Shown: one piece after another, positions 58,375 through 64,000 of the stretch | Layout: every line of letters begins with the position of its first letter | How positions within the stretch are numbered: the first letter of the stretch is position 1 | The notes under the pieces: generated by a model | What the model was told of the DNA's origin: nothing | What the model saw: the letters and a program-made list of their open reading frames with translations, nothing else | Databases searched by the model: none | Source of the DNA: Bacteroidota bacterium | GTDB lineage: Bacteria; Bacteroidota; Bacteroidia; AKYH767-A; OLB10 | Length of the DNA: 64,000 nucleotides | Assembly: GCA_024638565.1 (NCBI GenBank) | Contig: JAHEKC010000001.1 | Span: forward strand, 10,245 to 74,244 | Direction of reading: 5' to 3' | Program-made: the position numbers and the translations under genes

Positions 58375-61300
58375 TCAATACCTCAATACGATATATCCCT
58401 GTAAAGGTTTTGTATTGTTGTTGAGGTCAAGCACATAGAAATAGGTGCCTGCCGGGACGCGTTTCCCGATATAGATGCCTGATACATTGCTGATTCCGTC
58501 CCAGTTACTCTTGTAGTCATTCGACTTGTATATCAGGTTGCCCCACCGGTTGTAAATCCAGATCCGGTTGCCGGGATAGTGATCGATTCCCTTGATCACG
58601 AAGGCATCGTTTATGCCGTCGTCGTTTGGTGAGTATCCCGAGGGGATGATCAGTGTGTCGCATTCTACCGTTACCATGACCTGTGCTGTTGCCGTGCATC
58701 CTTCGAAATTGGTAACCTGTACCATGTACGTGGTTGTTTGCAGCGGGCTGGCAACAGGATTGGGCACGTCATCGTAATCCAGGCTGGTCGCCGGTGTCCA
58801 GATATAACTGATACCTCCGCTGGCAAACAGCTGCGTGCTTTCTCCTGCACAAATGGTCACATCCGGATCAATCTGCACCGACGGACCAGGATTTACCGTG
58901 ATCTCGATCGGCTGCGAATCGAAGGTGCCACAGGGTCCGGTGATGGTGACCGTGTATATACCCGCCGTGGGGGTAGTGAGCACTGGGCTGTTTTCACCTG
59001 CAAGTGCCGTGCCATCCAGGTACCACTGGTAGGTTACATTGTCAATTGAGTCGGCAATGAGGGTGGTCACATCACCGGCGCAGAGCACGCCTGGTCCGTC
59101 TGCATTGGCATTGAATACCGAAAGGTCGTTGACCGTATAGGTGCCCGTGGTTTCACATCCGTTGACATCCGTGATCTTCACGGTGTAGGTGCCCTGTGGC
59201 AGGCCTGTGAGATTTTGCGTGGTATCGCCATTGCTCCAACTGTATGCATATGGGCTTGTACCTCCAGCCGGGTTGATCGAAACCGAACCAGTGATGCCAT
59301 ACAGGCAATTGGACGAGGTCGTACTGCCAGTCACGGCAAGGGAAGCGGAAGGCTGTGTGATCGTTACGGTTGCCGTGGTGGTACAACCGTTGGCATCCGT
59401 GATGGTTACCGTATAGGTGCCTGCCGGAAGGTTGGAAATATCTTCCGTGATTTCCCCGGTACTCCATACATAGGTATAGGGCGCGGTGCCGTCCTGGACC
59501 GTCAGGTCTATAGAGCCGTCGCTGCCTGCATGGCAGTTTACCTGCTGGGATACGGTGGCGTTCGCATTGAGCGCCGCCGCGGGCTGGGTAACCGTTGCCG
59601 TGGCGGTGACCGTACATCCGTTGGCATCGGTGATGGTGACCGTATAGGTTCCTGCTGTGAGGTTCGAGATGTCCTCGATGGTGTCACCGTTGCTCCACAC
59701 GTAAGCATATGGTGGTGTGCCATCACCCACGGTAAGGTCAATAGAGCCGTCATTTCCTGCATGGCAGTTCACCTGCTGGGTGACGGCAGTGCTGGCATTG
59801 AGTGCAGCGGCAGGCTGCGTGACGCTTGCCGTCGCGGTGACCGTACAGCCATTTGCATCGGTAATGGTGACCGTGTAGGTGCCGGCTGAGAGATTTGAAA
59901 TGTCTTCCAGCGTATCGCCATTGCTCCATACGTAGGTATACGGCGGCGTGCCGTCACCCACTGTAAGGTCTACCGAACCGTCATTCCCGGCATGGCAGTT
60001 CACCTGCTGGGTGACAGCGGCACTGGCATTCAGTGCCGCGGCGGGCTGGGTAACTGACGCGGATGCGGTGACCGTACATCCGTTGGCGTCAGTGATGGTA
60101 ACTGAATAAGTTCCGGCTGCCAGGTTGGCGATATCCTCAATCGTTGCACCATTGCTCCATACATAAGCATAAGGCGGCGTGCCGTCACCTACGGTCAGAT
60201 CGATGGATCCGTCATTGCCCGCATGGCAGTTCACCTGCTGGGTGACAGCAGCACTGGCAATGAGCGATGCGGCCGGCTGGGTCACGGATGCAGATGCAGT
60301 GATCGTACAGCCATTGGCATCAGTGATGATCACTGAATAAGTTCCGGCTGCCAGGTTGGCGATATCCTCGATCGTGTCACCATTGCTCCATACATAAGCA
60401 TAAGGAGGCGTGCCGTCACCCACGGTCAGGTCAATAGAGCCGTCAACCCCGGCATGGCAGTTCACCTGCTGGGTGACAGCAGCACTGGCACTGAGCGATG
60501 CGGCCGGCTGGGTCACGGATGCAGATGCAGTGACCGTACAGCCATTGGCGTCAGTAATGGTGACCGAATAAATCCCGGCCGCCAGGTTGGCAATGTCCTC
60601 GATCGTGTCGCCATTGCTCCACGCGTAGGTGTAGGGCGGTGTACCGTCGCCCACGGTCAGGTCAATGGAGCCGTCAACCCCGGCATGGCAGTTCACCTGC
60701 TGGGTGACAGCGGCACTGGCATTCAGTGCCGCAGCGGGCTGGGTAATCGTTACCGTGGCCATCGAATTACATCCGTTCACGTCCAGGATTGTGACCGTGT
60801 AGGTGCCGGCGGAAAGGCCGCTGATGTCCTCGGTCGTGTCGCCGTTGCTCCAGGTATAGGTGTAGGGCAGCGTACCGCCGTTGACAGTCAGGTTGGCGGC
60901 CCCGTTAGCGCCGCTGTGACAGCTCACCTGCTGTGTGGCGGAGACACTAGAGGCGAGTGCACCGGCCGGCTGCTGGATGGTGGCAGTGACACTGCTGGTG
61001 CAGCCGTTGATATCGGTGATCGTAACGGTATAGGTGCCGGCCGAAATCCCTGAAAGATCTTCCAGTGTGGAACCCGTGCTCCACAGGAAGGAATAGGGCT
61101 GCGTGCCGCCCGATGCGGTCAGGTCGATCGCACCGTTATTTCCGCTGAAGCATGAGATATTGGCGGTTACCGTGGCGCTGCTTGTGAGCGGTGCGACCGG
61201 CTGTCCGATCGATGCAATTTGCGTGAACGTACACCCGTTGGCGTCTGTGATCGTAACCGTGTAGGCTCCTGCCGCAAGGTTTGAAATGTCCTCGGTTGTT

Positions 61301-64000
61301 ACGCCATTGCTCCATGCAAAAGTATAAGGGATAGTACCCCCGGCAACGGTCAGGTCAATAAACCCGTTGGCGCCACCGTGACAGAATACATCCTGTGAGC
61401 TGGCAACGCCGGCGTTGAGTGCAGCGGCAGGCTGGCTTACCGTGCCGGTCTCCACGATCGTGCAGCCGTTGGCATCGGTTACGGTAACCGTATAGGTGCC
61501 GGATGTAAGTCCGGTGATATCCTGGGCCGTAGCGCCTGTACTCCAGTTATAGGTATACGGGGGTGTGCCGTTGGTGACCGTCAGGTCAATAGAGCCGTCG
61601 CTACCCGCATGGCAGTTTACATTTTGGGATGTGGCGGCAAATGCATTCAACTCGGCGGCAGGCTGTGTCACGGTAGCCGTGGCTGTGGTCACACAGCCAT
61701 TGGCATCCGTAACGGTAACCGTATAGGTGCCTGCGGCCAGGTTGCCAATATCTTCCGTGTTCGCGCCGGTGCTCCACGCGAATGTATAGGGGGCTGTGCC
61801 GTCGCCAACCGTCAGGTCGATCGATCCGTCATTACCCGCATGGCAGTTCACCTGCTGGGATACGGAAGCACTTGCGCTCAGTGCAGCGGCAGGCTGGGTG
61901 ACCGATGCGGTTTGCTCTGCCGTACAGCCGTTGGCGTCTGTGACCGTTACCGTGTAGGATCCGGCGGCAAGTCCACTGATGTCTTCTGTGTTGGCGCCTG
62001 TATTCCAGCTGAAGGTGTACGGTGCCGTGCCGTCACTGACCGTAAGATCGATGGATCCGTTGTTGCCTGCATGACAGCTTACCTGCTGTGAAACGGACAG
62101 GCCGGCATTCAATGCAGCAGCAGGCTGGGTTACCGTGGCCGCCGCGGTAGTAACACAACCGTTGGCGTCGGTAACGGTAACGGTGTAGGTGCCGGATGCC
62201 AGGCCTGTGATGTTCTGTGAGGTCTGCCCGTTGCTCCAGCTGAATGCGTAAGGCGGTGTGCCGTCCACAACCTGCAGGTCGATGTGACCGTCACTGCCTG
62301 CATGGCAACTCACATTTTGTGATGCGGTAGCACCCGCGTTGAGGGCGCCTGCAGGCTGCGTGATGGTAACGGAGGCAGTGGCATTGCAGCCGTTTACATC
62401 CACAATGGTAACCGTATAGGTGCCTGCTGCAAGCCCGCTTACATCTTCCGTGTTGGCACCGTTGCTCCAGGTGTAGGAATAGGGTTGGGTTCCGCCGGTA
62501 ACGGTCAGGTTCGCCGAGCCGTTTGCGCCACTGTAGCAGCTCACCTGCTGGGTGGCGGAAAGGCTCGTGGCCAGTGCACCCGCAGGTTGCTGGATGGTTT
62601 CGGTTGAGCTGCTGGTGCAGCCGTTGGCGTCTGTAACTGTTACGGTATAAGTGCCTGCCGAAACACCGGACAGGTCCTCCTGGGTGCTGCCGGTGCTCCA
62701 GAGATAGGTATAGGGTTGTGTGCCGCCTGACGCAGTCAGGTCAATGGCCCCGTTGTTCCCGCTGAAACAGGAAATATTGGACGTCACCGAGGTGCTCGTG
62801 GAAAGGGAGGCAACCGGTTCCGTGATACTTGCAATTTGTGAGAAGGTACAGCCATTCGCGTCCGTGATCGTAACGGCATAGTTGCCGGCGGACAGGCCGG
62901 AAACGTCCTCCGAAGTTTCGCCGTTGCTCCATGCGTAAATGTATGGATAGGTGCCGCCCGTAACGGTCAGGTCAATGAATCCGTTGGCGCCGCCATGGCA
63001 GAAGACGTTCTGCGATGAGGAAACAGATGCCTGCAATGCTGCTGCCGGCTGGCTTACCGATCCGGTTGCGATGGTGCTGCAGCCGTTGGCATCCGTAATC
63101 GTCACAGTATAGGTACCGGTGGCCAGCCCGGAAAGATCTTCTGTATTGGCACCGGTACTCCAGTTGAAAGTGTAGGGGGCCGTACCCTGTGCAACGGTCA
63201 GGTCAATAGATCCGTTTGCACCGCCATGGCAGCTCACCTGCTGCGTGGTGGTGGCGGAGGCGCTGAGGGCACCTGCCGGCTGGGTGATCGTGGCCGAAGC
63301 AGTGGTCGTGCAACCGTTGGCATCGGTGACCAGTACCGTGTACGTGCCTGCAGCAAGATTGGACAGGTCCTTTGTAGAAATCCCGTTGCTCCAGCTGAAA
63401 TTATACGGGGCGGTACCCTGTGTAACCTCAAGGTCGATGGCACCATCAGCGCCGCTGTGACAGCTTACGTTCTGGGTGGTATTGATGCTGGCTGTCAGCG
63501 CGCCTGCCGGCTGTGTGACCGTAGCTGAAGCGATTGCCGTACAGCCGTTTGCATCAGTTACAGTCACGCTGTAACTGCCGGCCGAGAGGCTGTTGAGGTC
63601 TTCTGATGAAGCGCCGTTGCTCCAGCTGTACGAATATGGTGGGGTACCCTGGGTGACACCCAGGTCGATGGAACCATCCACGCCGCCGAAGCAGCTGACG
63701 GCCTGGCTTACGCCTATAGTAACGGATAATGCCCCGGCGGGCTGACTTACCGACTGGCTGGCAGAATAGGTACAGCCGTTGGCATCGGTGATCAGCACTG
63801 TGTAGACACCGGTTGACAGCCCGGATATATCCTCGCTGTTGTCATTGTTGCTCCACTGGAATGAATAGGGCGCGGTGCCGCCGCTGACAGTAAGGTCTAT
63901 GGCGCCGTCGTCACCACCGAAACAGGATACTTGCTGCGAAGCAGTAGTGGAGGCGGACAACGCTGCTGACGGCTGGCTGACGGAAGCCTGCGCGGAAGCT
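58375..64000 (-). CDS. Giant SprB-repeat cell-surface protein with type-B T9SS CTD (C-terminal >1870 aa; N-terminus beyond the window end)
   Basis: The ORF is continuous to the window edge. It holds at least 22 SprB repeats, many near-identical at DNA level, then Ig-like modules. The C-terminus is IPSGYSPNDDGINDAFVIKGIDHYPGN...GYIVLRY. Confidence 0.85.
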   Translation of the reverse strand, partial: ASAQASVSQPSAALSASTTASQQVSCFGGDDGAIDLTVSGGTAPYSFQWSNNDNSEDISGLSTGVYTVLITDANGCTYSASQSVSQPAGALSVTIGVSQAVSCFGGVDGSIDLGVTQGTPPYSYSWSNGASSEDLNSLSAGSYSVTVTDANGCTAIASATVTQPAGALTASINTTQNVSCHSGADGAIDLEVTQGTAPYNFSWSNGISTKDLSNLAAGTYTVLVTDANGCTTTASATITQPAGALSASATTTQQVSCHGGANGSIDLTVAQGTAPYTFNWSTGANTEDLSGLATGTYTVTITDANGCSTIATGSVSQPAAALQASVSSSQNVFCHGGANGFIDLTVTGGTYPYIYAWSNGETSEDVSGLSAGNYAVTITDANGCTFSQIASITEPVASLSTSTSVTSNISCFSGNNGAIDLTASGGTQPYTYLWSTGSTQEDLSGVSAGTYTVTVTDANGCTSSSTETIQQPAGALATSLSATQQVSCYSGANGSANLTVTGGTQPYSYTWSNGANTEDVSGLAAGTYTVTIVDVNGCNATASVTITQPAGALNAGATASQNVSCHAGSDGHIDLQVVDGTPPYAFSWSNGQTSQNITGLASGTYTVTVTDANGCVTTAAATVTQPAAALNAGLSVSQQVSCHAGNNGSIDLTVSDGTAPYTFSWNTGANTEDISGLAAGSYTVTVTDANGCTAEQTASVTQPAAALSASASVSQQVNCHAGNDGSIDLTVGDGTAPYTFAWSTGANTEDIGNLAAGTYTVTVTDANGCVTTATATVTQPAAELNAFAATSQNVNCHAGSDGSIDLTVTNGTPPYTYNWSTGATAQDITGLTSGTYTVTVTDANGCTIVETGTVSQPAAALNAGVASSQDVFCHGGANGFIDLTVAGGTIPYTFAWSNGVTTEDISNLAAGAYTVTITDANGCTFTQIASIGQPVAPLTSSATVTANISCFSGNNGAIDLTASGGTQPYSFLWSTGSTLEDLSGISAGTYTVTITDINGCTSSVTATIQQPAGALASSVSATQQVSCHSGANGAANLTVNGGTLPYTYTWSNGDTTEDISGLSAGTYTVTILDVNGCNSMATVTITQPAAALNASAAVTQQVNCHAGVDGSIDLTVGDGTPPYTYAWSNGDTIEDIANLAAGIYSVTITDANGCTVTASASVTQPAASLSASAAVTQQVNCHAGVDGSIDLTVGDGTPPYAYVWSNGDTIEDIANLAAGTYSVIITDANGCTITASASVTQPAASLIASAAVTQQVNCHAGNDGSIDLTVGDGTPPYAYVWSNGATIEDIANLAAGTYSVTITDANGCTVTASASVTQPAAALNASAAVTQQVNCHAGNDGSVDLTVGDGTPPYTYVWSNGDTLEDISNLSAGTYTVTITDANGCTVTATASVTQPAAALNASTAVTQQVNCHAGNDGSIDLTVGDGTPPYAYVWSNGDTIEDISNLTAGTYTVTITDANGCTVTATATVTQPAAALNANATVSQQVNCHAGSDGSIDLTVQDGTAPYTYVWSTGEITEDISNLPAGTYTVTITDANGCTTTATVTITQPSASLAVTGSTTSSNCLYGITGSVSINPAGGTSPYAYSWSNGDTTQNLTGLPQGTYTVKITDVNGCETTGTYTVNDLSVFNANADGPGVLCAGDVTTLIADSIDNVTYQWYLDGTALAGENSPVLTTPTAGIYTVTITGPCGTFDSQPIEITVNPGPSVQIDPDVTICAGESTQLFASGGISYIWTPATSLDYDDVPNPVASPLQTTTYMVQVTNFEGCTATAQVMVTVECDTLIIPSGYSPNDDGINDAFVIKGIDHYPGNRIWIYNRWGNLIYKSNDYKSNWDGISNVSGIYIGKRVPAGTYFYVLDLNNNTKPLQGYIVLRY
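59529..60915 (-). repeat. Intragenic tandem array of six 231-bp (77-codon) near-identical repeat units
   Basis: The string CATGGCAGTTCACCTGCTGGGTGAC recurs at 59529, 59760, 59991, 60222, 60453 and 60684, exactly in phase. Unit-to-unit identity is about 88-95%. Confidence 0.8.

Noticed and set aside
59215-59889. Plus-strand ORFs of 100-260 aa antisense to the adhesin genes (for example 59215-59889, 60454-61053, 61609-62091, 42390-42857, 63226-63528)
   Set aside because: Their Gly/Arg/Cys-rich low-complexity translations are the reverse complement of Thr/Pro/Ala-rich repeat codons. Such ORFs are expected by chance in GC-rich repetitive DNA.
41307-64000. Strong ~225-231-bp periodicity that could superficially resemble a CRISPR-like or satellite array
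   Set aside because: The period is 75-77 codons inside long uninterrupted ORFs, and each unit encodes a SprB-type protein repeat. There are no short identical direct repeats flanking unique spacers, and no cas genes.

Overview
The window reads as a high-GC (roughly 58-60%) Bacteroidota chromosome; lineage is inferred only from gene content (type IX secretion C-terminal domains, PorP/SprF, TonB, sigma-54, Bacteroidetes-style gene order). It has two parts.

Part 1, coordinates 1 to about 34.7 kb, is ordinary core genome. Calls here are the KorA/KorB 2-oxoacid:ferredoxin oxidoreductase pair, a sugar-phosphate nucleotidyltransferase, a TPR lipoprotein / lipoprotein / M23-peptidase triad, TatA, TonB, asnS-rpoN, RidA, a GAF protein, ComF, RecX, a duplicated-ATPase ABC protein, and the rplM-rpsI-rpsB-tsf-pyrH...frr translation cluster. 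Several secreted or outer-membrane hypotheticals are scattered through it.

Part 2, about 34.9 kb to the window end, is a tightly packed minus-strand mega-locus of five very large cell-surface adhesin-like genes. One of them runs off the window at 64000. All five are built from dozens of ~75-77-aa SprB-type repeats (G-G-T-x-P-Y-x-Y-x-W-S-N-G...T-D-A-N-G-C), followed by Ig-like modules and a conserved ~90-aa type-B T9SS / gliding-motility C-terminal sorting domain. A single PorP/SprF-like gene and an OmpA-family gene sit after the first giant gene. The five proteins fall into two pairs by N-terminal domain (~290 aa and ~230 aa); I do not recognise either domain as a named family. At least one gene contains near-identical 231-bp tandem DNA repeats.

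I found no tRNA or rRNA genes, CRISPR array, transposase or integrase. Minor items worth a look are a ~110-bp noncoding element present twice in convergent intergenic spacers, a GACTGCC heptamer array, and three genes inserted between pyrH and frr.

Every family assignment comes from reading motifs in the supplied translations. No database search was run.
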